A stretch of DNA of 24,000 nt from Methanocaldococcus sp. FS406-22 (GCF_000025525.1 NC_013887.1:110729-134728), one strand, 5' to 3'; numbered from the stretch's first letter, positions 1 through 8,028 are shown. Numbers and translations: made by a program. The notes: generated by a model not told the origin, from the sequence alone.

Positions 1-1138
1 AGTTAAAGAATTCGTGGATTCTTCTTTCTAACACTCCTTCTAAATCTTCCTCTAAGTTTTTACCACTAACCTCTACAATTATTGCGAATGGGTTTCTACT
101 CCCTTCCTCCATCTCATCGATATCCTTTCCAATAATTTCAACTTTATCATCTGCTTTATCGACTACTTTTACTAACTCAAAACCATAACTCTTCGGCCCT
201 GCAAGCTCAACATACATGTCAGGGCCTCTAACCCTCTCACCCTCATTCATCGGCCCAACAGAAACAGGAATATCAAATTCAACTACTTTAACCTCAACAC
301 CTTTCATTTTTAGGGCATTTTCAACTATGTTATCAATATCTGAGCTTTCTAAGGCTTTTTCTATAACTGGAACTTCATTGTTTGTTATAACTGGAACTCC
401 AGCCTTTATACATCCAGCTCCCGCTGCTAAGGTTATATTATCTAAAGGCCCTAAAGCCACAACAACTGCAGGAACTCTATTTTTTAAATAATCTATGATT
501 TCATCAGCTTTTCCAGGTTCAATTCCTCCAAATATTAATGGGGCTCTTATAGCTAAGTTTGCTGCATGTATTGCTGAAGTTATTTCCTCTCCAACAGGGA
601 CAAGGAGTTTATCTAAACCATACTCAATTCCAGCCTCATCCATCTCTTTAACTATATCTCCAACTAACAATGCCAAGATGTTTCTCTTCTTTATGTCATC
701 TATGAGCTTTTTTAGCTTCTCTTTATCACCAACTTTTCCAATAACAACCAAAATAGCTGGAATTTTCCCCTCTACGAGAGGGACTCCTAAACCTCTTAAG
801 ATATCATCTGGAATAAAGCCAACGTATGGCTCTTTGTAAGGTTTATCACTCTTTGCGTATTTTAACGCCTCAATTGTTTCTGCACATATCAATGTTACAA
901 CTCCAACATCTAAGGCATTTTCAAGGGTTTCTTCATCTTTTATTTCAAGTGAGTTGATTAATTCCTTCAAATCTTTAACTGTTTCTATCTTTTTTCCCAG
1001 GAGACCGTATATAATTGGCAGGTTGTAATTTGTTCCTGGATATGATACTTTTAAGTTCTCATCTTCTTTCTCTAGGATGTCTTTTGTTAATTTTAGAACT
1101 GTTTTTCCTCCTTCTATTATGTTGCTCACAACCATCAT
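1..1138 (-). CDS. cdhC: Acetyl-CoA decarbonylase/synthase beta subunit (CdhC/AcsB type), N-terminal ~379 codons; C-terminus lies outside the window
   Basis: Absent from the ORF track because it runs off the window. Minus-strand ATG at 1138 (second ATG at 1135) opens a stop-free frame to position 1: MMVVSNIIEGGKTVLKL...YPGTNYNLPIIYGLLGKK...CAETIEALKYAK...DIPVSVGPMNEGERVRGPDMYVELAGPKSYGFELV...LERRIHEFFN. It is collinear with bacterial AcsB motifs as I recall them from Moorella (YPDTAYYLPVI, AAEIIEALRYLKY, FEGESIRKGDMYVEMGG, LERRIHDFINY). The + ORFs 216-491 and 495-839 are antisense shadows. Confidence 0.85.
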   Translation of the reverse strand, partial: MMVVSNIIEGGKTVLKLTKDILEKEDENLKVSYPGTNYNLPIIYGLLGKKIETVKDLKELINSLEIKDEETLENALDVGVVTLICAETIEALKYAKSDKPYKEPYVGFIPDDILRGLGVPLVEGKIPAILVVIGKVGDKEKLKKLIDDIKKRNILALLVGDIVKEMDEAGIEYGLDKLLVPVGEEITSAIHAANLAIRAPLIFGGIEPGKADEIIDYLKNRVPAVVVALGPLDNITLAAGAGCIKAGVPVITNNEVPVIEKALESSDIDNIVENALKMKGVEVKVVEFDIPVSVGPMNEGERVRGPDMYVELAGPKSYGFELVKVVDKADDKVEIIGKDIDEMEEGSRNPFAIIVEVSGKNLEEDLEGVLERRIHEFFN

Positions 1139-1414
1139 TTCACCATATAAATGAATCTTCAAATATTCAAATGTATTACACATAGTGTTTAATTTTAAGT
1201 TTGTGCATTACTATATAATAGTGGTTACGCAATACGAAATTTTTATAGAGGGTATTTTCTAAAAATTATAAAGCGAGAAATGAAAATAGCAAAAACTTAA
1301 TTATTAATTAAAAATTTTTATGACTTGCAAAATAGAAAAAAGGGCTTTTTTAAATGTTTCTATTTGATTTTCTTAGTAATATTTAATTTTTTTATTTATT
1401 ATTTAGTAATAAAA

Positions 1415-1861
1415 TTATATTGGCATCTTACTACCATCTTTAAATGTTCTCAAAACGAGGGTTACTTTACACCCGTTAACATTAACTAATGGGTATATTT
1501 TTTCTGCTAAAAAGTTTCCTAAGCTTTCTATATCCTTTAAAATTGCTATACAAACGGCATCATATTCTCCAGTAGTTTGATAGAGTTCGACTATTTCGTC
1601 AAGCTCTTTTAATTTATCGAGGGTTTCTTCAACCTTAGATGGTTTAATATACAAGCCCAATATAGCGACTACTTCAAATCCCAAATTTTTTGGATTTATG
1701 GATGCATGGAAACCTGTTATAATTCCTTTTTCAGTTAATCTTTTTACTCTATTTCTTACTGTTCCCTCGCTAATTCCCAATTCTCTCCCGATTTCTCTAA
1801 ATGATTTTCTGGCATTTTCATTTAAAATCTTTAGGATTTTTAAATCAATCCTATCAAGCAT
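1415..1861 (-). CDS. Lrp/AsnC-family transcriptional regulator (HTH + RAM domain)
   Basis: 148 aa. N-terminal HTH LDRIDLKILKILNENARKSFREIGRELGISEGTVRNRVKRLTEKGII followed by an AsnC/RAM-type C-terminal domain. By position next to cdhC it is probably the ortholog of M. jannaschii Ptr1 (MJ0151), from memory. Confidence 0.9.
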   Translation of the reverse strand: MLDRIDLKILKILNENARKSFREIGRELGISEGTVRNRVKRLTEKGIITGFHASINPKNLGFEVVAILGLYIKPSKVEETLDKLKELDEIVELYQTTGEYDAVCIAILKDIESLGNFLAEKIYPLVNVNGCKVTLVLRTFKDGSKMPI

Positions 1862-1865
1862 TCAA

Positions 1866-2387
1866 TCACCAATACAACTTATCTTCAATTTTTACCAAAA
1901 ATTCACAGTATTCATCACCCTTACCACAACATTTTATTTCAATGACATTGACTTTTCTTCTTAGCTTTTTCTCTAAAGTTCCAGCTATCAGCCCAGCTTC
2001 AAAGTGGCAGAGGGTTGTGCCAACATTTGGGACATTGTGGCAAGATATACAGTCTCTTAAAATTAGTATCATTTCATCTTCTTCAACTTTTTTTACTTCT
2101 AAGATGCCAATCCTTGCTTTCTTTAATATCTCTGCAAAGCTTTCAAGTAAATTGGATTTATCAACATACCTTGATATAACCTCTCTACCAATATCTTTGC
2201 CAATATTGTAAATTATTGCCTCAATCCCACATCCAGCAGTTAAAACTCCTATTCTTACTGCTTGGAAGATGGATAGGGGGATTAAATTACCTAAAGCTCT
2301 CTCTGATGGATTATTGTTTATTAAATCTTCAATATCTTTTTTAATTTTTTTATGCAAAAGCTCTTTGTCCATTTTAACATCCCCCAT
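1866..2387 (-). CDS. V4R (4-vinyl reductase-like) domain protein
   Basis: 173 aa with a Cys-rich C-terminal half (DCISCH...LCHFEAGLIAGTLEKKL...KCCGKGDEYCEF) typical of V4R/hydrocarbon-binding domain proteins. The true start may be the ATG at 2372 (MDKELL...), because a TATA-like box lies at 2400-2407. Confidence 0.7.
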   Translation of the reverse strand: MGDVKMDKELLHKKIKKDIEDLINNNPSERALGNLIPLSIFQAVRIGVLTAGCGIEAIIYNIGKDIGREVISRYVDKSNLLESFAEILKKARIGILEVKKVEEDEMILILRDCISCHNVPNVGTTLCHFEAGLIAGTLEKKLRRKVNVIEIKCCGKGDEYCEFLVKIEDKLYW

Positions 2388-2399
2388 GCAGTCAAAGAA

Positions 2400-2407
2400 T
2401 TTATATA
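2400..2407. promoter_or_regulatory. TATA-like box (TTTATATA) in the divergent region between the V4R gene and the small ORF/cbf5 operon
   Basis: TTTATATAA at 2400-2408. It lies ~31 nt from the ATG at 2372 (minus) and ~50 nt from the ATG at 2454 (plus). Spacing is compatible with archaeal TATA at about -26, but AT-rich background makes this weak. Confidence 0.3.
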
Positions 2408-2453
2408 ATAAGATGGGGTTATTTCATTAATAAAACTTATTTAGTTTGATAAC

Positions 2454-2630
2454 ATGCTTAGAGATATCGCATTTGAATTTTTTATAATGATTGCCTTAGG
2501 TATTTTTATAGGTTACATCATAGCAGAATACACAGATAACAATTTATGGATAGTTGTATTTTTATTATTCGGTATTTTTTGCGCATTTGGGAGATTATTT
2601 AAGATGATTAAAGAGTATGAAAAAAGGTGA
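2454..2630 (+). CDS. Small membrane protein (58 aa, two predicted TM helices)
   Basis: ATG 2454 to TGA 2628-2630: MLRDIAFEFFIMIALGIFIGYIIAEYTDNNLWIVVFLLFGIFCAFGRLFKMIKEYEKR. Its stop overlaps the GTG start of cbf5 (GTGA). It falls below the length cut-off of the supplied track. Confidence 0.5.
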   Translation: MLRDIAFEFFIMIALGIFIGYIIAEYTDNNLWIVVFLLFGIFCAFGRLFKMIKEYEKR

Positions 2631-3637
2631 TTTTGTTGGAAAAAACACAGGAAAAAAAGGCAAATAAAGGAGAGGAGCTTATAGTTAAGGAAAAGGCTGA
2701 AACAAACTGGGATTATGGCTGTAATCCATATGAAAGAAAGATAGAGGATTTGATAAAATATGGTGTTGTTGTTATTGACAAGCCAAGAGGGCCTACCTCT
2801 CATGAGGTTTCAACATGGGTAAAGAAGATTTTAAAGTTGGATAAAGCTGGACATGGTGGAACATTAGACCCTAAGGTTACTGGTGTTTTGCCTGTTGCAT
2901 TAGAGAGAGCTACAAAAACAATACCAATGTGGCACATCCCACCTAAGGAATATATTTGCTTAATGCATCTACATAGGGATGCTTCCGAAGAAGATATATT
3001 GAGAGTTTTTAAAGAATTTACAGGAAGGATTTATCAAAGACCACCATTAAAAGCAGCTGTTAAAAGAAGATTGAGAATAAGGAAGATTCATGAGTTAGAG
3101 TTATTAGATAAAGAGGGTAAGGATGTTTTATTTAGAGTTAAATGTCAATCTGGGACTTATATAAGAAAGTTATGTGAAGATTTAGGGGAAGCGTTAGGGA
3201 CATCTGCCCACATGCAAGAGTTAAGGAGAGTTAAAAGTGGATGCTTTGAGGAAAAAGATGCCGTTTATTTGCAGGACTTAGTTGATGCTTATGTATTTTG
3301 GAAAGAGGATGGGGATGAGGAAGAGTTAAGGAGAGTTATAAAACCAATGGAGTATGGATTGAGTCATTTAAAAAAGGTTGTTGTTAAGGATTCTGCTGTT
3401 GATGCTATTTGCCACGGAGCAGATGTTTATGTTAGAGGAATAGCTAAATTGAGTAAGGGTATTGGTAAAGGGGAGACAGTTTTAGTTGAGACTTTGAAGG
3501 GAGAAGCTGTAGCTGTAGGAAAAGCTTTAATGAACACAAAAGAGATTTTAAATGCAGATAAAGGTATTGCTGTTGATGTTGAGAGGGTTTATATGGATAG
3601 AGGAACTTATCCAAGGATGTGGAAGAGGAAGAAGTAG
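2627..3637 (+). CDS. cbf5: H/ACA RNP pseudouridine synthase Cbf5 (TruB family with PUA domain)
   Basis: 336 aa, GTG start. TruB catalytic motif GHGGTLDPKVTGVLPV and a C-terminal PUA domain. Length and sequence are near-identical to my recollection of M. jannaschii Cbf5 (MJ0148). Confidence 0.97.
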   Translation: MILLEKTQEKKANKGEELIVKEKAETNWDYGCNPYERKIEDLIKYGVVVIDKPRGPTSHEVSTWVKKILKLDKAGHGGTLDPKVTGVLPVALERATKTIPMWHIPPKEYICLMHLHRDASEEDILRVFKEFTGRIYQRPPLKAAVKRRLRIRKIHELELLDKEGKDVLFRVKCQSGTYIRKLCEDLGEALGTSAHMQELRRVKSGCFEEKDAVYLQDLVDAYVFWKEDGDEEELRRVIKPMEYGLSHLKKVVVKDSAVDAICHGADVYVRGIAKLSKGIGKGETVLVETLKGEAVAVGKALMNTKEILNADKGIAVDVERVYMDRGTYPRMWKRKK

Positions 3638-3679
3638 TTTTTAGAATTACAGAAAATTTAACATAATTATTTTTTTGGT

Positions 3680-4618
3680 GTGATTATGAGAGTTGGGATC
3701 ACAGCAATAGTTCCACCTGAAATTATTTACTCAACCAATCATATTCCTTTGGATTTAAACAATTTTGTTCCCCAATCTAATGTACATCCTAAAAATAAAC
3801 TGTGTGCTTGGACTGCTTCATGGAGAGAGTTGATTTTAGAGGATAAAATTAAAATTAATAAATTAATTGTTGTTGCTGGAGGAGATTGTCAAAATTCCCT
3901 TGTTGATGCTGAAAAGATAGAATTGAAGAAAAAAATTCCTACGCATTATTTCTTTTATCAATTTGGAGATAAAGAACATTTTGAAAATGAAATAAAAAAA
4001 CTTATTGATTTTTTAGGAGGGGATGTTGATAAAGATATTTTAAGAGAAGTTTATAAAATAAAAAAACTTGCAAAAAAAGTTGATGAATTGTGCTATAAAG
4101 ATAAAATAAATGGGAAGGATGCATTTTATACCACAATTTCTGCAAGTGATTTAAAAGGAAACCCAAATGCATACAAAAAAGAGATTGAAAATTTATTAAA
4201 CAATGAGGAGAATGTTGAATATAGGTATAGAATTGCTTTAATTGGCATACCACCAATTTTTAGTGATTTTTATGAATATCTGAATGAAATAAATGTGCAT
4301 TGTGTTTATAACGAATTACCTTATGAGTTTGTGAGGATGGGAGGAGACTCAATAAAGAGTATAGTAGACACCTATTCAACATACACGTTTGCCAACCATA
4401 TAACTAAAAGAATAAAGATTATAAAGAGAGAATTAAAAAAGAGAAAGGTTGATGGAATAATCCACTATACACAAATGTGTTGTCATCATAAGTTAGAAGA
4501 TGAAATCCTCAGAGAATTTATTGATTACCCTATGCTGACAATAGAGGGAGATATTCCCCAAAAAACACCCGAACAAGTGAAGTTAAGAATAGAAGCATTT
4601 ATAGAGATGTTGGGATAG
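3680..4618 (+). CDS. 2-hydroxyacyl-CoA dehydratase (HgdB/HGD-D family)-like subunit, single copy
   Basis: 312 aa (GTG 3680 or ATG 3686). Overall HGD-D-like layout with conserved Cys positions (GGDCQNS; IHYTQMCCHHKLEDE). It is followed 2 nt later by a cognate-type activase gene. The family call is from motif recollection, not a search. Confidence 0.7.
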   Translation: MIMRVGITAIVPPEIIYSTNHIPLDLNNFVPQSNVHPKNKLCAWTASWRELILEDKIKINKLIVVAGGDCQNSLVDAEKIELKKKIPTHYFFYQFGDKEHFENEIKKLIDFLGGDVDKDILREVYKIKKLAKKVDELCYKDKINGKDAFYTTISASDLKGNPNAYKKEIENLLNNEENVEYRYRIALIGIPPIFSDFYEYLNEINVHCVYNELPYEFVRMGGDSIKSIVDTYSTYTFANHITKRIKIIKRELKKRKVDGIIHYTQMCCHHKLEDEILREFIDYPMLTIEGDIPQKTPEQVKLRIEAFIEMLG

Positions 4619-4620
4619 CT

Positions 4621-5301
4621 ATGATGGGTATTGACGTTGGCTCAACACACATAAAAATTGCGGATGGGAAAAGTTTTAAAAAATATCCAATAATTAAATT
4701 AAATGAAATATTAAAAAAGTACAATAACGATGATGTTTTTGCAACAGGATATTTTAGAAAGAGGTTTAAAAATCACATAACTGAAATTACTGCTGCTATA
4801 TATGGAGTTGATAAAGAAATTGATGTTATAATTGATGTTGGTGGGCAGGATACAAAGATAATAAACACAAAAACATTAGAGTTTGTGATGAATGATAAAT
4901 GTGGAGCGGGGACTGGATTATTTTTACAAACCATAGCTATGTATTTGAATGTCCCTATCGAAGATTTTGGTAAGTATTATTCAAAAGATCCCTTAAAGTT
5001 AAATAATACTTGTGCTGTTTTTTCGATTTCTGAAATCATCAATTATCTTGTAAATGGTTATAGCATTAAAGATATCATAGCATCTGTAAATTACACTATA
5101 GCAAAGAAAATAGCCAATATGAATCCATATGAATGTGAAACTATTGCTCTAATTGGTGGAGTAGCAGAGAATAAGGCATTTGTTAAGTATTTTAAAGAAG
5201 TTACTGAGAAAGACGTTTACATTCCTAAAAATCCACAGTTTATAAATGCAATAGGGGCGAGAAAATATGGAATTGAACACTCAGCAAAAAATAATCTTTG
5301 A
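4621..5301 (+). CDS. CoA-substrate-specific enzyme activase (HgdC/BcrAD_BadFG ATPase family)
   Basis: 226 aa. ASKHA phosphate motifs GIDVGSTHIKI and DVGGQDTKII, adenosine motif IGGVAEN, and the two cluster-bridging Cys contexts of HgdC-type activases (MNDKCGAGTG and NNTCAVFSISE). Confidence 0.85.
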   Translation: MMGIDVGSTHIKIADGKSFKKYPIIKLNEILKKYNNDDVFATGYFRKRFKNHITEITAAIYGVDKEIDVIIDVGGQDTKIINTKTLEFVMNDKCGAGTGLFLQTIAMYLNVPIEDFGKYYSKDPLKLNNTCAVFSISEIINYLVNGYSIKDIIASVNYTIAKKIANMNPYECETIALIGGVAENKAFVKYFKEVTEKDVYIPKNPQFINAIGARKYGIEHSAKNNL

Positions 5302-5839
5302 AATTTATGATTTGTATAAGAGATTTGAGTTGATGATAAATAACAATAGAAGCAAAACCAAAAAACAAATAGAAAAGATTAAAAATGAAATTATAGTTAA
5401 GGATATTAATGATGTTAGTTATGTTGATAGGGTTCAGGAAATTTTGTTGAATTATAGAGAGATTTGGGGTTTTGTTCATAAATCATCAATAAAACAGTGG
5501 ATTACAACTTCTAAAACTATAAGTGTAGCTGGAATGTTTCATAAAGACAATTTAATTGGGGTTATGGTTTATGGGGAAAAACCAAGTTACCTCAAAATTA
5601 ATTATATTGCAGTTAATAAAAGATTCAAAGACAATTCCCTTGGAGGATATTTTATCTCATTTTTAGAGAAAAAAGCTAAAAAATTACAAAAGAAGAAAAT
5701 ATATGCTGAAGTTCCAGGAGATAATGAGGGAGGATTGGGATTCTTCATAAAAAATGGATTTATAATTGAGGGTATTTTGAAAAATCATACAAGAGGTGGT
5801 AAAGATTTAGTATTAATGGCTAAATATTTAGAGGGATAA
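5267..5839 (+). CDS. GNAT-family N-acetyltransferase with ~70-aa N-terminal extension
   Basis: 190 aa. GNAT motif A region INYIAVNKRFKDNSLGGYFISFLEKKAKK and C-terminal FFIKNGF. The track start overlaps the activase by 35 nt, and the alternative ATG at 5333 (MINNNRS) would remove the overlap. The stop lies 2 nt before the next ATG. Confidence 0.7.
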   Translation: MELNTQQKIIFEIYDLYKRFELMINNNRSKTKKQIEKIKNEIIVKDINDVSYVDRVQEILLNYREIWGFVHKSSIKQWITTSKTISVAGMFHKDNLIGVMVYGEKPSYLKINYIAVNKRFKDNSLGGYFISFLEKKAKKLQKKKIYAEVPGDNEGGLGFFIKNGFIIEGILKNHTRGGKDLVLMAKYLEG

Positions 5840-5841
5840 AC

Positions 5842-6768
5842 ATGGTAGAATTTTTTGCATCATTAACGATTTCTGCAGGAGAAATTAAAAAAATGGTTGA
5901 ACTTTTAAAGAAACATGAACCAAAAAAATGGGTTTTTGAAAATGTGATTTTTACACCTTTGGTTTCATCGGAAAGTACTATAAAAGAAATTAGAAATTTA
6001 AAGAGAAAGTATAAAACCACTGTTATGTTTGATAGTGGAGGTTATTATGTTCAACAAGAAAAATTTGAAATATCTCAACTATTCTCGTTTTTAAGGGAAT
6101 TTTATAGAACTAATAAATGGGGAGATTGGTATGTCTTACCAGATTCTCCACCAGTTTCCTCTGATGCTGTAGATACTGCCTGGGGTAAAGTTTATGAAAC
6201 TGTATATTTTGCGAAAAGTTTTGCTGAAGAATTTAATGGGAAGATGGAGAAAAAGTTTATCCCTGTTGTTCAGGGCGTTAATAGGGATATGATTCATTAT
6301 TGTGTTAAAAATTATGCTGATTTAAATGTTAGAAGAATTGGCTTTGGAAGTTTTGGAACTTGTGGGAAAAGGAATCAAATTAATAGACTTACAAAAGACA
6401 GTTTAGAAAATCTAAGATATTTATCCAGGTTAGCAAAAGAATATGGATTCGAGTTGCATGCCTTTGGTATTGGTGGGGGAAGTTCTGTAAATAAAATTAG
6501 GGATTATGTAGATAGCTTCGATAGTAGTAGTTGGGATAAAGCAGGGGGATTTGGGGATATATTTTTCCCAAATTCAAGAACTATTAATATAACTGGAAAA
6601 TCTCCAAGAACTTCTTCAAAAAATTATATTGGATATAAGTACCTAATTGAAAAATTTAGAAATGGGCATAAATGTTACTTTTGTGAAGATTTAAGTAAGT
6701 TAAAAGAGTATAAAATATATAGATCTTTACATAATATTATAGTATTGTATGAAATGGTGAAAGAATGA
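5842..6768 (+). CDS. Minimal tRNA-guanine-transglycosylase-fold protein (DpdA-like candidate DNA/RNA base-exchange enzyme)
   Basis: 308 aa. TGT landmarks occur in the canonical order: MFDSGGYY (6025-6048; TGT DSGGFQ), VLPDSP, IPVVQGV (TGT GIVQGG), IGFGSFG, HAFGIGG, DSFDSSSW (Asp at 6520-6522 aligns with the catalytic MFDCV Asp), and HKCYFC...19 aa...LHN (6667-6684; TGT Zn site CxCxxC...H). There are no PUA or C-terminal tRNA-recognition domains. Confidence 0.75.
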   Translation: MVEFFASLTISAGEIKKMVELLKKHEPKKWVFENVIFTPLVSSESTIKEIRNLKRKYKTTVMFDSGGYYVQQEKFEISQLFSFLREFYRTNKWGDWYVLPDSPPVSSDAVDTAWGKVYETVYFAKSFAEEFNGKMEKKFIPVVQGVNRDMIHYCVKNYADLNVRRIGFGSFGTCGKRNQINRLTKDSLENLRYLSRLAKEYGFELHAFGIGGGSSVNKIRDYVDSFDSSSWDKAGGFGDIFFPNSRTINITGKSPRTSSKNYIGYKYLIEKFRNGHKCYFCEDLSKLKEYKIYRSLHNIIVLYEMVKE

Positions 6769-7505
6769 AAGGGAGTTACCATATTCAGCATAATGCTAAA
6801 CCAGAAATTATAAGGAAACTAATTGAATATAACCCAAATGCCAAAAAATCAGAACTAAAAAAAGCATTTCCTGAGATAAAATCAAGTATAATTGATGATA
6901 ATTATACAATTATGAACAAACTCATAAACGTTAAAGATAAAAATGAAATTGAAAATATTTTAAAGATGGATGATGAAATGTTCAATAACTACCTCCATTA
7001 TAAGCTTTACTCATCTAAACTACCAATTGGATGGTCTTACAGGTGCGTAATAAACATATTGTATGAAGAATATAATGGTAAAAAAATTAACTATAATGAT
7101 ATTGAACAAAAAGTTAAAGAAAAAGCGTTTGATGAAGAGCTAGGAGGAATATCATTTAGTAGTAATAGCGTTCGTGGGGCGATTAACTTTATAAGGTCTT
7201 TATCCCCTTCACCAATTGACGATAATAACGTTTTCAATCTTAGAGATTATTGTCAGCCACATCTATTATTGTGGGGGGTGGACTATCTTTATAAAAAACA
7301 GTGGGGAGAAGACTATGGATCATTAATGCTTTTGGATGAGGAGAAAGTTGAAGAACTTTCTAAATTTTGTTTAATTAAAGATGATATATTAGATGATTAC
7401 CTAAAAGAACTTGATTTTATGTATGATTTTGTCGAAATATCTATAAAAGCGTTTGGAAGATATGTGAGATTGAAAAGAACATGGAATTTTAGTGATATTT
7501 TATAA
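6765..7505 (+). CDS. Hypothetical protein (246 aa), no family recognised
   Basis: Its ATG overlaps the upstream stop (ATGA at 6765-6768), giving good coding continuity in the operon. I cannot place any motif with confidence. LPIGWSYR is only vaguely reminiscent of the FPLRYGW motif I associate with DUF4007. Confidence 0.55.
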   Translation: MKGSYHIQHNAKPEIIRKLIEYNPNAKKSELKKAFPEIKSSIIDDNYTIMNKLINVKDKNEIENILKMDDEMFNNYLHYKLYSSKLPIGWSYRCVINILYEEYNGKKINYNDIEQKVKEKAFDEELGGISFSSNSVRGAINFIRSLSPSPIDDNNVFNLRDYCQPHLLLWGVDYLYKKQWGEDYGSLMLLDEEKVEELSKFCLIKDDILDDYLKELDFMYDFVEISIKAFGRYVRLKRTWNFSDIL

Positions 7506-7518
7506 AAGGGGGAGGGGT

Positions 7519-8028
7519 ATGGATTACATTACACTAATAAATTACATAAAGAGAAATTATTCCTCTAAATTCTTAACTGATAGTCAAAAGGAAGCATATA
7601 ACAAATTAAAAAAATTTCTTTTATTTGATAATGTTGTAAATCTTTATGGAAAAAGTGGGGTTGGAAAAACGTTTTTAGGATGGGTGTTTGCAAAAGATAA
7701 TAACTTTATTTATTTTAAAACTGAAGAAGAGTTCAAAAAATACAAAACAACAAGAAAAATGAATGTAATTATTGATAATGGTGAACTAAATGATGGAAGA
7801 AATATTAGGAGGTTAATTTCTCTAAAGGCAAATAAGGCAATTTATATTTCAAAAGGAGAAACTTTAGATTACAGTGTAAAGCTAACATTGAACTGGCGTG
7901 ATGTTGAACATGTTTTAGAGAATATCTCTCCAATTATTGAGAAAAATAAAAATATATATATTGACAACTTTTTTGATAGTGATTTAAATTTATGGAAAGT
8001 ATTTAAGGTGATGACATATGGATATTAG
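7519..8028 (+). CDS. Small P-loop NTPase (169 aa)
   Basis: Walker A GKSGVGKT (7648-7671) and a Walker-B-like hhhhD in NVIIDNG. I prefer the ATG at 7519, preceded by GGGGGAGGGG (7508-7517), over the track start 7492, which overlaps the previous gene. Confidence 0.65.
   Translation: MDYITLINYIKRNYSSKFLTDSQKEAYNKLKKFLLFDNVVNLYGKSGVGKTFLGWVFAKDNNFIYFKTEEEFKKYKTTRKMNVIIDNGELNDGRNIRRLISLKANKAIYISKGETLDYSVKLTLNWRDVEHVLENISPIIEKNKNIYIDNFFDSDLNLWKVFKVMTYGY

Noticed and set aside
216-839. + strand ORFs 216-491 and 495-839 from the track
   Set aside because: They are low-complexity S/T/P/I-rich translations lying antisense to a much longer, motif-rich minus-strand frame (cdhC, 1-1138). They are shadow ORFs.
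1698-2803. Track ORFs 1698-1964 (+), 1801-2211 (+) and 2513-2803 (-)
   Set aside because: They are antisense or overlapping to the Lrp, V4R, small-membrane and cbf5 genes, and have no motifs and odd composition. They are shadow ORFs.
3638-3679. Possible att-like direct repeat between the cbf5-downstream spacer (3638-3679) and the spacer before the ATPase gene (13883-13938)
   Set aside because: The only resemblance is in short AT-rich strings and the GGTGxxATTA...ATG ribosome-binding context. It cannot be distinguished from chance in this composition without a proper alignment to an empty site.
4002-6020. Minus-strand ORFs 4002-4256, 5240-5479 and 5820-6020
   Set aside because: They are antisense to well-supported + strand genes (HGD-D-like, activase/GNAT, TGT-like). 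They are typical AT-rich shadow frames.
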